Assembly (NCBI GenBank): GCA_963717465.1
Contig: OY970340.1
Coordinates: 704,001 to 768,000, forward strand
Length of the DNA stretch: 64,000 bases
Source: Candidatus Bathyarchaeota archaeon
GTDB taxonomy: Archaea; Thermoproteota; Bathyarchaeia; Bathyarchaeales; Bathycorpusculaceae
Direction of reading: 5' to 3'
The translations under genes and the position numbers were made by a program. Of this stretch, positions 20,845 through 33,698 are shown piece after piece. Each line of letters starts with the position of its first letter. Positions within the stretch are counted from its first letter, which is position 1. The notes below the pieces were generated by a model. It was not told the origin of the DNA. It ran no database searches and saw only the letters and a program-made list of their open reading frames with translations.

Positions 20845-20846
20845 AA

Positions 20847-23288
20847 TTAATCCAACCGTACGCCAATTAATTCGCATAATTGCTTGAAAGCTAAAACCCA
20901 GGCTTGGGAAACTTCATCTTTCTTGTTTTTGATATCTTTATATTGGTTTTCAGCTATTTTGAAGGCAATGTTCTGCGATTGCCAAAGATTCAAGTTAACC
21001 GGCAACTTGCTAACTGTTTTTATTAGACCATCAATCTTTTTTAGCGTTTCAATACTTTCTGGTTCTTTTGAAAGCTTGGCAAATTCACTATCAATTTTTT
21101 CGCTTGCTTTAAACGCTAAAAATCTCCAATCAAGGTTTATTGACAAGCTTTTAGAGTTATCAATTAATCTCTGCAGTGTTTCCAAATCTAAATTCTCAGA
21201 TGATAACGCTTGATCTATTTCACTACTTAATATCACCTCTGCTGCTGTCCTAAACGGTTTAGGAGAAGGCATCCTATTTTCCTTCATAAAACGCAGCATC
21301 GCAGAGTTATCATGATAAACTATTCCAAACAAATCTTTAGCTTTTCTTAATCTGTCAGCAACAATAAAATCAAGAATTAAGCGTTGATCATCCTTAAACA
21401 TGTCTTTAAGAGAATAATTATTTTGACCAAAATACTTGGATAAAACAATAATTATCTCATTTATCTGTCCCTTCTCAAAACATGAGAGCACCTCGTTACG
21501 CATAACGTTGAATGCTTCTTCCTGCATGTTATGCATGGCACCGCAAGAAACATTATGATCTCCAAGCCAAATTGCCGCGCAGCCAAACGACTTCTTCATC
21601 TAACGTTATGCCTGAATGAACTTTGGACAGGTTTGTTACTAGCCTAAATTTTCCATCATCGCGTTTTTCAATATTTTCCACTGTAATGGTAAAATAGCAA
21701 TTTGCCAGTTGGGTGGCATCGATTTAATTTTATGTGGTCTGAAAAAAGATTCATTATAGTGTTTTGGGCACTTATTTTCGCAAAGTCAACTATTGACGGC
21801 TCTACAAAAATAGAGTATATTTTGCCTCCATTCTCAAATTCAGGTATATTGCTTGGTGCCTTCTTGAGAAAATTGACGTATTCATTTTCAAGTTCTAAAC
21901 CGAAGACTTCGCGAGCCAACTGCATAGCTCTAGCAGCGTACATCATTACCTGCACCGTTTCTATCCCTGAAATTTCATCAAAAAACCAACCGCAACTAGT
22001 ATACATGAGCATGCAATGTCGTTGAATTTCAAGTAGTTTTATTACGTGACGTTTTTCATCGTCGCTGAGAACTTTTTTTGCATGTTCTGCAAGAAATTTC
22101 TCTACATTTTCTTTGGACCTATCCAGCACAACTTTAATGTAATTGTTGCGTGCTTCCCATGGGTCTTTCAAGTATTCTTTTGCTTCGCGTTCGAAATTTG
22201 TCGCTAACGTGTCTCTTAGCCAATCCATAGCCTCTCGAAGAGGTTTTCTCCATGCTTGTTTCCAAGGCCTTTTGCCCATGTTACATCCGCAATCGTTTCT
22301 CCACCTTTCTATGCCATGTATGCAACTCCATGAAGTGTTCTCTTTGATTTGTATCTCGTATTGTGGCGGCGAATTTTTTTCCAGAAATTCAGCGTAGTTA
22401 GTTATTCTCGCCAGGTTGTTAGCTGTTATGTAGTAGAGGCAGTACGCTAAAGTCATGTCTCCATGAGTGATGATGATGACCGTATAACTCTCCGTCGCTT
22501 GCAACGCTCTCTAAGAAATTTTCTCCATTAGTCAATTTAAACACGTCAATTAACCGCTTAGCAAATGCCTCACCGCTATCAAGCAAATTTCCAAATGCAA
22601 TGTCACTTGCTGTCGGTTTATCAAAGAAGAAAAGGTTAATCGATTTGCCTGAAGGTAGATTGCATAAATAAAATCTTCTTGATTCAAACTTGCTGCCATT
22701 TGGAAACATCAATCCACTCTTTCTCGCCGATTCTCCTTATCTTTGCTACTTGATGCGGACTCAGAAGAGTAAATTTTATTTTATGTTCAGCTAAAACTTC
22801 CAGCGTTTCAATGTCAACCGCTGTTTCGGGGAGCCACATGCCTTCAGGATACCGATTGAATCTTTTTTCAAAATCAAATATCGCCCATCTGACTTGTGTC
22901 TCCTTGTCTCTTCTGTTAGCTAAGGGCATAATCATGTGATTGTAAACTTGGGCAATTGCCGATCCGTGTCCTGAAAAGTTTTTTATGCTTTCTTTGTCAG
23001 CGTCAAGAATTGACTGATAAACTGGCTTATTATGTCTCTCAAGCCAATAGAGAAGTGTAGGGCCAAAGTTAAAACTGATTTTGAGTAATTGTTGATTAAT
23101 CCAATTATCCTCCATTGAGGATCCATTATTCGTGAAACCGCGTTAGGCGCGTAGCATTCAGCAGTTACTCTTTCATTCCAATCATGATACGGCAATGCTG
23201 ATTCTTGAAATTCCACTTCCTCAAGCCAAGGATTTTCACGCGGAGGCTGATAGAAATGACCGTGAATACAAATGTAGCGTTCAACCAC
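20847..23288 (-). CDS. GH57/DUF3536 glycoside hydrolase, multiply frameshifted as sequenced
   Basis: HGHFYQPPRENPW, SFNFGPTL, HMIMPL, GMWLPETAV, DGELYGHHH, SWSCIHGIERW, MYTSCGWFFDE spread over five ORF fragments. Confidence 0.88.
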
Positions 23289-25110
23289 GATTATCTCCTC
23301 CAGCAAGCCTTCTTTTCAAGTAAACCGCGATATTGCAGCCTTGAATAACCTGTTTGTCGCCAAATGCCGCTTTGTCTGATAGGCTTGCGCCTGGGCCATC
23401 CCAAACAAGATCTGCGGAATCCAAAATCTTTTCATATTCACCTTTAAATGGAAAAACAATTTCCTTAGGTGACTGTGAAAAATTAATTAAAATGCAACCA
23501 GTAAAATCTGCTTCTCTTCTTTGAACAAACAGTAACTTTTCTTCTTCACTTGAGAATACCTCAATTTGCCTGTTGCTAGTTGGACTAAAAACTGGTAAGC
23601 TCCTAAGTTTTATTAACGCTTGATAGTAAGCTGCAATTTTCTTGTTTTTTCCCTGATATCGCAGTTGCCAATTAAGCTTTGACTTCTCAAAAGTCTCAAT
23701 GCTTTGAGGGTCTGGCGCTTCTGTTTTCCATTTGAAAGAAGCAAACTCTTTTTTTCTGCCTTCCCGAACTGCTTTTGCTAACTCTTTAGTTTGATAATCG
23801 GTGAAGAACAAGAAAGGAGCAGTTTCTCCGTATTCTTCGCCCATGAAAAGCAAGGGTACAAAGGGTGAAAGTAGCACTATTCCCGCAGCTGTTTTTGCTG
23901 CTTCAAAACCTGAAAGGACCGTTAAGCGTTCGCCAAGTCGTCTGTTTCCGACTTGATCGTGATTTTGAGAAAAAACCACAAATCTCTGAGTTGGAATGTG
24001 CCTGAAGGATTCATCTGGACTTCTGCGTCGAAGGTTCTCTTTATCCATGTAAACGTATGTTTCGGTTATTGCTTCAGCCAAGTCCTGAATTGTGCCGTAT
24101 TTATTGTAATACCCTTGTTTTTCTCCGGTTAAAAGCACATGTAATGCATGTTCAAAATCCTCGAGCCATTGTGCATCGAACCCATCACCGCCCTGATTGG
24201 TAGGAGTTAAAGTCTTCTTTTCGTTAAATCCGCTTTCGGCAATAAGATGCAATCTTTTTCCAGTTTCTTTTGAATAATTGTCAATGGTGTCATTTAACTC
24301 GCTGAGAAAGCGTCTTGGGCTTGAATCCACGATTGCAAAGACTGCGTCTAACCTTATTCCGTCAATGTGGTAGTCTCGGTACCAGTGAATTGTATTTTCA
24401 AGAAAATAGTTTCTTACCAGCTCGTTCCATTGTCCATCAAAATTGATTACAGGGCCCCAAGGAGTCTTCTTTTCTGAAGAGAAATATGGTCCATAATCTA
24501 TGAGGCAGTTTCCTTCTGGTCCTAAATGATTATAGACAAAATCTATGAATACCGAGACGTCGTTCAAGTGGCATTGGTTTACAAGCTTTTTTAGGTCCTC
24601 AGGGGTTCCATAGGTATTTTGAACTGCAAACGGGAAAACTCCATCGTAACCCCAGTTTCTTTTTCCTGAAAACTGTGTTATCGGCATCAATTCAAGCGCG
24701 TTTATTCCAAACTCAGCTAACTCTTTAATTCTTCTTGTAATAGCTTCAAAAGTGCCTTCTAAAGTGAAGGTTCCAACATGAACTTCGTAGAATACTAATT
24801 CCTTAAGGTCAAGTCCACGCCAACTCCTGATCTTTCCATTTAAACGATTCGTGGTCGATGACTGCTGATGAGCCGAAAACACCGTTGGGTTGAAAATGTG
24901 AAGCAGGATCAGGTCTACTTACTTGATCGTTTAGCAGGTACTTGTATGTCGTATTTGGCTTTAGCCCTTCCACACTAAGCGAAAAGTAGCCCTTTTCTGT
25001 CGCTTCCATTTCGCATTTTTCTTTTCAAGCAGCAATGAAACTTTCTCGTGGTATGGCGCCCAGACTACAAAGTCGCATTTTTTTTGCTTAAAACTTGCTC
25101 CAACTTGCAC
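23281..25110 (-). CDS. treZ: malto-oligosyltrehalose trehalohydrolase (GH13), frameshifted in the 5' part
   Basis: FVVWAP, RPDPASHFQP.GV.G.S, YEVHVGTFT, RNWGYDGV, RLDAV, QNHDQVGNR, LFMGEEYGE; GTG start at 25110. Confidence 0.93.
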
Positions 25111-25327
25111 GTTGAATCCTGCTTCTCTTGTTGAGTTACAGCAAGAAGCTTGCTTCGAGCCTGAAGTTATAGAAAACATGGCCTGAATCTGTTGCACTTT
25201 CGAAAAGGCGAAGCTTCGCTTGCTGTTTAATCGTTAAAACTCTAACAACATTATTATGGGAGCACACTAATAATAATTTTGTCTTAGATCTTTCTTGTAA
25301 GCGGCTTTTTATTGGTGAATTTTTTTA

Positions 25328-26575
25328 ATGTTACGAGTTGAATTATCGAGAAAAGTGGAGCTTGAAGATTATATAAAAATTGTCGGGGAACAGCAGATAG
25401 AAAACATTAGGGCGATTGGTGATAAATTAAAAGGTAAATCTGTTACTCATGTTAATTCTACTTCTTATGGGGGAGGAGTAGCGGAAATTTTACACAGCCT
25501 TGTTCCGCTAATGAGAGACGCTGGTTTAGATGTGCACTGGGAAGTAATGAAAGGCTCTTATGAATTCTTTAATGTTACAAAAAAAATTCACAATGCCCTG
25601 CAAGGCTTGAACGTTCACTTAACTAGAGAGGAAGAATACACTTACTTGGAATATAATCGTATGAACAGTGAATTAACAATTGTAGATACCGATCTTGTAA
25701 TGGTTCATGACAATCAGCCTGCAGCCTTGATCCAATTCTTCCCCAACAAATATAACAAGTGGGTTTGGCGATGCCACGTTGACCTCTCTACCCCCAACTT
25801 AGGCGTCTGGAGCTTTCTTGAACAATACATTATGTCGTTATGACGCTGCAGTTTTTACAGCTAAAGAATATGTTATTCCAAGCCTTAAAATTCCTGAGAT
25901 TGCTATTCGTCCCCCTTCTATAAATCCTATTAGCGAAAAAAACATGGACATATCAGAGAGCAAAACGAACGAGATTCTCCGTCAGATACGAGGTTAACCC
26001 GGAGCATCCGATAATCTCTCAGGTAGGACGTTTTGATCCATGGAAATGGCAACTCGGCGCAATCGATGTTTACAGGCTTGTTAAAAAGCAAATTCCAGAA
26101 GTTCAGCTTATACTGGCTGCAGGCATGGCTTCAGATGATCCTGAAGGTTGGCTGTACATGGAAAAAACTGCCAGGCACGCAGGCGAAGATCCGGATATTC
26201 ACTTATTAACGGATTTAAAAGGTGTTAAAGACCTTGAAATCAATGCCTTTCAACGAGCTTCACAGGTTGTACTTCAAATGTCAACTCGCGAAGGCTTTGG
26301 ATTAACCGTTGCAGAAGCACTCTGGAAAGGCGTGCCCGTTGTAGGACGTAAAGTCGGTGGAATTCCCCTTCAAATAATCGACGGGGTAACGGGTTACTTA
26401 GTGGACACAGTGGAACAAGCTGCTGAGAAAACACTTTTTCTGTTAAGAAATAGGGAAGAGGCAAAAAAGATGGGTGTAAACGGCAAAGAGCATGTAAAGC
26501 AAAACTTTTTAATAATCAATCATATGAAGAGACTACTTAATTTTATTCGCCGATCTTCTGCAGATCAAGCTCTAG
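25328..26575 (+). CDS. treT: trehalose synthase TreT-like GT4 glycosyltransferase, frameshifted as sequenced
   Basis: HVNSTSYGGGVAEIL, TKKIHNALQG, WRCHVD, RFDPWK, MASDDPEG, EGFGLTVAEALWK. Confidence 0.85.
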
Positions 26576-26975
26576 TCAACTTGGAATTCGGTTCACTATC
26601 TTACAGTCAACGTATCTTATAGTCAACGTAACCACATATTAGACAGTAATGATTTCAGATTGAAATTAGATAGATACAAAGCTTTTTAAGCCGAAGATAT
26701 CTTTTCAAAAAGTTCAGTTTGCCAAATTTAAGCGGTGGCTTTGGCAACTTCAGCTACAAAGCAATAGTATACCGATATCACTAGCAAATTGGGATGGAGG
26801 GGAAAACATTTACCGACATTCAAATAACCAACGTTGTAAATCAAGCGCAGCAATCAAAACAACCTGCTTATGCTTCAAGGTTTTCCCAATCAACAAAGAC
26901 TTTTTCAATTGCCCGTCTGACTTTTAGGAGGCACACGGAATAACACATGCAGCTCTTTCCAAGAATTTCGGTGAA

Positions 26976-28141
26976 ATGTTCAAAGAAACCTCATTAACAT
27001 ACCTATTTGATATAACGGGATTAATCGCTGGTTTCCTGATTGCCTTCCAACTTGGCATATTTCGACTTGCACCTTGGGCTATAGCTCTATATCCCGCCGT
27101 TTTAAGCATAAAAAGCTTAGTTAGCGGTTTGCTTAGCGGGCGCTTAAGCACCGCAGTTGCATTTGGGCACGATTTCTCCGTGTTTTCTCAAAAATTCTAA
27201 AAGTTTTTATAGAATTGTTGAAAGCATGCTTGTCTTGACTTTAATTATGAGTCTAACAGTGAGCTTGTTCTCGATAATTTTTGGTCAATTGTTCTGGAGA
27301 ATATCGGTATCCGATTATTTTCCAATTTTTTCAGTTTTGGTTGCGACAATAACAATAAGTCTTATCATTGTATTATTAACGATAAAATTAGCTTTTTTTT
27401 CGTTTAAACGCGGTTTGGATCAAGATATGTTGGTTTATCCCGTGCTGTCTACTGCTGCCAGCATTTTGGGGACTTTGTGTTACGTTGTCGTGCTCAACAT
27501 TTTCTTTTCCGGATTCATCGGCAACTGGATAATCAACATTATTACTATAGTAAGCATACTTCTTGCTTTATGCTTGTCATTTAAGAATATTCATCAGGCT
27601 GAATTTATAAAAACAATCAAAGATTCTCTGCCAATAATTTTGCTTGTCAGCTTTATGGTTAACATAACTGGAACCCTGCTCAAAGAGATAGGTGACTTTA
27701 CTCAGAATCTCAAAGCGGTCTACACTGTTTATCCAGCTTTGGTTAACGTTGTAAGCGATGTTGGGTCAATCGTCGGTTCAACAGACGTCTACACAAATTG
27801 CCTTAGGTCTTGTTCCACCTTCTTTTTCTTCAATGGCTAAACATATAAAAAACGTTCTTAGCGCTGCTACTGCTTCACTTATAATGTTTATCCTGTTCGG
27901 GGTCTTATCCTTATTTATTAATGGAATATTTTCATTTCAGAGCATTACAAGCTTTATCTTGGTGATGATTATTTCAAACATAATTTCAGTTCTTATGATG
28001 GTCATTATTTCTCATGCAATCTCGATACTAAAGTTCAAAAAGGGTTTAGACTCTGATAGATTCGTCACGCCACTTGAAAGCTCATTTGCATATCTAACTA
28101 CAACTATTGCTTTGTTATTGGCTTTGCTTTTACTGGCTTAA
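26976..28141 (+). CDS. MgtE-family (SLC41-like) divalent cation transporter membrane protein, frameshifted
   Basis: duplicated membrane repeat with SGRLSTA.HLG and F(K/R)RGLD.D....P motifs; upstream of a PhoU/TrkA-C gene; start uncertain. Confidence 0.75.
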
Positions 28142-28183
28142 AAATCAAAAGAACATAAATATTTAATCGCCTATTATTTTATT

Positions 28184-29401
28184 ATGGGGACTCTTTTAAG
28201 TATGTCTCGGATTGAAAAAATAAAATATAAACCCATACCAGTTCGCGATCTTCTACTTGAAATGAAGAACCTCTCTGAATTAATGATCGACCTATCATAC
28301 TCCTCAGCTTTATATAACGATAAAGATCTTGCTAAAGACGTTCTTGAACTTGAAGGCAGGATAGACACTTTAGCATATCACTTAAACATGGAAGTCATGG
28401 TTGCTGCCCGAGGAGACCCCAAAGCAGCTGAGGACTTGTTGGGCATTTTAATAGTAGCCTCTGCCACAAACAAAATCTCAGATGCCGCTGCTGATATAGC
28501 TGCAATTGTAACACGAAACATCGGAGTACACTCTGTTGTAAGTGAAGTCTTCGAAAAAGTTGAAGAACATTTAATGAAAGTAACAGTCAAAGAAAAATCC
28601 GAAATTGTCGGCAAAAAAATATTCCAACTCAACTTAGCCGCAAGAATGGGCGTTGACATTATTGCAATCCGCCGAAACAATGAGTGGATTCTAAATCCAA
28701 AAAAAGATGAACGTGTATTAAAAAATGATATATTAATAACGCGTGGTGCTCCAAAAGGTATTCAAGCTTTCAAAGATTTAGCTGAGGGCTCCCTTGCAAA
28801 ACTTAATCAATCTCAAATACTCAAGTTTGCGGAAATAGTTACGAGGCTTGTTGAGCTTAAAGACACTTCTGAACTGATGATTGACTTAGCCTATTCATCG
28901 TTAATGCTGGACAGTAGGGATCTGGCAGAAGAAGTGCAGATGCTTGAGGAAAGAGTTGATGAAATGCATACTGCTTTTGAGTTGCTTTGCTTGACGAGCG
29001 ATTTTGAAAAGGCTGAGGCTTCTGGTTTTCTTGGCTTAATCAGGTTGGGTGTTGCAACAGAGAAAATAGCTGATGCTGCTGCTGATATGGCTGAGGTTGT
29101 CCTCAGAGGAATTGAGCCTCATCCAGTACTGCAACTAGCCATTAAGGAAGCTGAAGAAACAGTGGTTCAAGCATGCGTTGACTCAAATTCAGTATTAGTA
29201 AATAAAACTTTGAAGGAATCAAGAATAAACGAAGAGACTGGAATGAGAGTCTTAATTATTAAACGCGGCGACAAATGTTTACGTCCAAAAGGTGACTCGA
29301 GAATCCAAGTTGGTGATGCATTGATAGCTTCAGGTTACGCTGAAGGTGCAGAAGCTCTAAAACGCCTTGCCTCTCCAAAACAAAAATGTGTAGCTACCTA
29401 A
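28184..29401 (+). CDS. duplicated PhoU + TrkA-C (RCK_C) domain protein
   Basis: two repeats of LxEMKxxSELMIDLxYS...E/KIxDAAAD, each followed by an RCK_C segment (GVDIIAIRR; GMRVLIIKRG). Confidence 0.88.
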   Translation: MGTLLSMSRIEKIKYKPIPVRDLLLEMKNLSELMIDLSYSSALYNDKDLAKDVLELEGRIDTLAYHLNMEVMVAARGDPKAAEDLLGILIVASATNKISDAAADIAAIVTRNIGVHSVVSEVFEKVEEHLMKVTVKEKSEIVGKKIFQLNLAARMGVDIIAIRRNNEWILNPKKDERVLKNDILITRGAPKGIQAFKDLAEGSLAKLNQSQILKFAEIVTRLVELKDTSELMIDLAYSSLMLDSRDLAEEVQMLEERVDEMHTAFELLCLTSDFEKAEASGFLGLIRLGVATEKIADAAADMAEVVLRGIEPHPVLQLAIKEAEETVVQACVDSNSVLVNKTLKESRINEETGMRVLIIKRGDKCLRPKGDSRIQVGDALIASGYAEGAEALKRLASPKQKCVAT

Positions 29402-29721
29402 TTTTATCTCTTAATCTTCCATGTTGCATCCAATAATACTATAATTTCATTTTCCCATAAATCTTCATGAATCAATTAAAGCAGTGCTAATTAAAAATTG
29501 AATTGATATTGGAAAAACTTGGGAAATTCCTCAAAAATTTTGTCTCCGCCATCATATAGGCTACCGATTGAATGGATACAGATAGAATTCCATGCAATGC
29601 ATAGATTTTAGGGATAGTTGATTGCATTGTTAAGAAATGAGGCTATAGTGCATGTTTTTTGAGACACACATTCACTTTTAGCCTGTATAAGTGATTTTTA
29701 AAAACAGATTAGGAAAGTAGA

Positions 29722-30130
29722 TTGGAGACGGTACGGTTGTCCACGACCCTTCAAGAGCCTATGCCAGGTGTTGCCATTACTCCAGAGGTTGCTACTACTT
29801 CAGATACCGTACCGGCTAAACCTTTGAATGCTGAAGAAGTAACAATCATGGCCTCTGAGTTTTTGAGGCGGATCGGTCACAAGGGTAAACTAAAGCCTAA
29901 GCGGGTCTCCTTAGAGGAAGAAATTTACACGGTGGAGATTGAAACAAGCAAGTTAATGGCTGTGGTTAAGGTTAGCACTCAAATCACGCGAAATAACAGA
30001 ATTCGATGTTCAACCTAAAAATGAGGAAAGTTCTTCTCCAATAAATCCAAAAATCATTATAACTATGCTGGTCATCTCTGCAATTGTTGATGTAGGACTG
30101 TCTTTCATTCTTAAGATATTTGGGCTCTAA
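29722..30130 (+). CDS. hypothetical protein with C-terminal membrane anchor, one frameshift
   Basis: ORF 29722-30018 continues in another frame as REITEFDVQPK...IIITMLVISAIVDVGLSFILKIFGL* to 30130. Confidence 0.5.
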
Positions 30131-30223
30131 AATCATTACACGCGTAATAAAATCATTAGATTAAAAATCAAATTAGAAATAAAAAAACTAAAGAATTGGG
30201 ATTTTAAAGAAAAATATTGTTCT

Positions 30224-30562
30224 TTATTTCTTTTTCTTAGCTGGTGCTTCTGCAGGTGCTTCTGAAGTTTTCGTTTCAGCTGGTGCTTCTGTTTTTGGCT
30301 CTTCTTTCTTGTCCTCTATTTCAGTCGTGATTTCTTCGATTGGTTTCGGTGGAGGTGTTGTAGCCATAGTCCAGCCTATCCATGCCCCGATTAACATTAT
30401 AGCTACGAAAGCTACAAAGACCGGGATAGCGATTAGCCAGAATTGAACGACTGACGCACTACCTAAGTAATATGGATAGAATAATGTTACAACATAGAAT
30501 ACTGCAACGATAACGCACACAGCTAGTATTGCTGCACCTATAGCTTGATCTTTGCTTACCAT
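30224..30562 (-). CDS. conserved archaeal small membrane protein
   Basis: MVSKDQAIG..., two TM segments, WIGWTMATTPPPKPIEEI motif, charged tail. Confidence 0.8.
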   Translation of the reverse strand: MVSKDQAIGAAILAVCVIVAVFYVVTLFYPYYLGSASVVQFWLIAIPVFVAFVAIMLIGAWIGWTMATTPPPKPIEEITTEIEDKKEEPKTEAPAETKTSEAPAEAPAKKKK

Positions 30563-30909
30563 TATGATTCACCACTTTATAGGCATGTATTATTTCAAAC
30601 CTTTTAAAGTTTGCCGTTTAGTATACCCGTCGAACACCCAATAGACTGCTGTAAAGAAGGTTCTGAATGGTCCATCTAACGTATCCAATGAGAAGCATGT
30701 TGGGAGAACTCATCGATAATGCCTGGCTTGACGCCTTCGCATAGGCGTGTAATATTGTTAATTTCATAAATTGTAAGTCAAATAGCCAAGTGGTTTGTGT
30801 CTATGGTTTACACTTATTATTCCTGCTTTAAACCAATCTACCTTTGTATAACTATTATATTATGCCATTCCACTTAGAAAGTGGATAAGACAAAAAGAGG
30901 CGAAACGGG

Positions 30910-31692
30910 ATGGAATTAATTTTCTTAGGAACCGGAGCTGGAAATGGTGTTCCTTTATTTTATTGTGATTGTACAGCGTGCAAAGAAGCTAAAGAAAACC
31001 CTGCATTTTCAAGGATGCGATCAGCAATTTTAATAAAAGGTCCTGAAGAAAATACGCTCATTGATACTCCACCTGATATTAGATCTCAACTTTTACGGCA
31101 AAACATTTCTGATGTAGAGAGGGTGTTCCTTACACATGATCATTATGATCATTTTGGTGGAATGGGTGATTTACATTATTACGTTTTTCTTAAACGGAAA
31201 AAACCCTTAGACGTATATCTTCACAAGGAAGTTACTTCTATTTTTACAGATGCATTCGGGTTTATGACAGAATCCGTTAACCTGATACCCTTATCTATCT
31301 TTCAAGACTACACTTTTAAAGACTTGACAATTACTCCTATAAAGGCAAATCACGGTGTCAACGGGCTTGGCTTTATTATCAAGTCAAAACTGAAAATTGC
31401 TTACTTGCCGGATACTTATTATGTTCCAGAAGAAACAAGAAAATACTTGCACGATGTAGATATTTTGATAGCGGATTCCACTTTCTTTGAAGAAAGCTTG
31501 TTCAAGAAACGTTCCCATATGACTGTCGATGAAGCGATTGATCTTGGTCAGCAAATAGGAGCAAAAACCACTTATTTAACTCATCTTTCGATGCATTTCA
31601 CCAAAACAATCACGAGCAAGTTCTTGGAAGAATACATAAAACAAAAAGGAAATGTTAAGGTAGCATACGACGGATTAACGCTTCAAATATAG
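30910..31692 (+). CDS. PhnP/YcfH-like metallo-beta-lactamase-fold hydrolase
   Basis: FLGTGA..GVP...CDC..C, LIDTPPD, THDHYDH, SHMT, THLS, AYDG. Confidence 0.88.
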   Translation: MELIFLGTGAGNGVPLFYCDCTACKEAKENPAFSRMRSAILIKGPEENTLIDTPPDIRSQLLRQNISDVERVFLTHDHYDHFGGMGDLHYYVFLKRKKPLDVYLHKEVTSIFTDAFGFMTESVNLIPLSIFQDYTFKDLTITPIKANHGVNGLGFIIKSKLKIAYLPDTYYVPEETRKYLHDVDILIADSTFFEESLFKKRSHMTVDEAIDLGQQIGAKTTYLTHLSMHFTKTITSKFLEEYIKQKGNVKVAYDGLTLQI

Positions 31693-31697
31693 CATCA

Positions 31698-32529
31698 TTA
31701 GTGAAGCATTATATCTCTTTGATTTGGTGGCGCAGTTACGCTTAGGTTTAGTTTTTTAATAAATGACAGCGTGTTTTTTGGCACGTTGAGGTTTGGTTGA
31801 AATCCAGAGGCGTAGTCGATAGATCTTAAATTTACAACTAAAGCGGCCAGGTCGGATGGAATATCAACGTCGGTAACTAATTCAAGAATGGCAAAAGGAA
31901 CATGCTTATCCATTAGCCTTTTTTGTATAAATTTCTAAAGATGTTATACCCTGCGCGTTGTAGAAAACATCCTTGAAATCAACTGGTATATTGCTTGTTT
32001 GTGCAACTAAATAAAGGCCCGCTTCCAAACATGGTCCAGCAACGATTGCTCCTCGATGGTATTCTTTTTCTAACCTTTCAAGATGCTCGAATGCTTCCTT
32101 TACAGAGTGCGGTTGAATAAGAGGATGGTCTCCTCCAATCATAACTGCTGATTCGTAGCCTCTTTTGAAAACGTTTCAAAAGACATTGCAATGCGATCGT
32201 TAAAGTTGTTACCGCTTGTCGTAAAAAGTTCTATTGAATCCTTTGGCAAGCCTTGCATGTCTACTTTTTCAAGTAATTTCCTTCAGTTTATCCTCTTGTT
32301 CTTTGGGTTCATAAGCGATAAACAGCTTGTTTTCCACAGTTGGTTTTTCTTCTTTGAATGACTTTATGACTTTTAAAACAACTTCCATCGTATCCATTAA
32401 TGAAGCTTTGTAAAATGTTGCTGCCTCTTCAGGTGTTAAGAATCCTCCCTCTTCTTTTGCTGTAAGCCGAGTTTTAGTGTAGCCAGGCAATGGAACTCGC
32501 GTAAAAAGAATTGAGGCTAATTTATTCAA
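31698..32529 (-). CDS. DUF2064/TIGR04282-like (CofC-related) transferase, frameshifted
   Basis: LFTRVPLPGYTKTRL...EEAA.FY.A.L.D, IGGDHP, VAGPC.EAGLYLV, L.DVD.P.DL across three fragments. Confidence 0.75.
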
Positions 32530-32642
32530 ATGATTTGCACCTTTTTGTCCCGATAAAGTTGCTTCTCACTTTTAAAGTTTAAGCTATTCAACATCGAAGG
32601 GTTTTCTGTTAATGTTAAGACGTTAATGGAATTCGTGAAATT

Positions 32643-33693
32643 TCATCTTTTGACAAATTCTTCTCTTTTTTCCTGTGTCATACTACTCGCGTAATCGTGT
32701 GTTGCTTTAACCAATTCTTTAAGCCCTTCCGCATCATGCTCGTAAATTTCGGAAAGTGGCTGATTGCTATTTTCGGCTTGTTGAATCGATCTACCTACTG
32801 CTATACCACTTTCAGCGGCTAAACGTATGCCTTCCCCAGTAAACGCATTACAGAATCCAGCCGCATCCCCAGCTAGAATCACGTTACCTTTGCCAACCAG
32901 TTGATAACCGTATGGTACGGCAGCTGCGCTTTTCCGCTTTAGTTTCAATGGTTCAAACGCAAATTCTCGATTTAACCACTCCTTAAAATTGTCTATGCAA
33001 TCGGATGCTGGGACGAGCAAAAGTTGCTAGTAGATCCAGTGCCAATTATTATTTCTTCGTCTTTCGGTATGACATAACCGTATGTTGGGGTAATGTTGCC
33101 GTCAAGAAAGAAGTAAAAAAAATCTTTGAAGTCGCCTTTTGCTTGCCAATGTTCTTGCAAGACAGTCATTATTTCTGTTCGTAAATTAGGATAAAGACAT
33201 TTTTCTTATTTTAGAATGAACACCGTCGGCGCCAACTAGATAACGTGTAGTAAACTTCTTAGTGTGTCCTTTGGTTTTGGCAAGTACTGTTAAGCCTTCT
33301 TTTTTTTCTTCAAAACTCACAAACTCTGTGTTAAATGAGACTTCTGCTTTTTCGCTTTTTACAACCGAATCTTGCAGCCATTCATCAAATTTGTCGCGAT
33401 TTAAATTTAATAGCTTGTAATTTTTGGGAGATCCGCTATTTCTTCTGCCACTTGGCGGAACGTACATTAGACCTAAAGATTCAGGTGAACTCATGACGCT
33501 TGTGGGAATATCTAAACCTATCTCTTTAAAAACATCGATGCCTACCGTTGGCATAACTCCGCCGCAGGGTTTATGGCGACCATATCGATTCTTTCTCAAG
33601 CACAAGCACATTGAAGCCTGCCTTAGAACAGGCTAATGCGGAAGTGCAGCCTGCTATGCCGCCGCCAACGATGATAACGTCAAAATCTTGCAA
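32643..33693 (-). CDS. geranylgeranyl-reductase-like FAD oxidoreductase (LipT-like), frameshifted
   Basis: TTG start; DVIIVGGGIAG dinucleotide fold, KPCGG, LNRDKFD.WL, VGADG, YGYVIPK, LAGDAAG...FTGEGI. Confidence 0.82.
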
Positions 33694-33698
33694 AGAAT

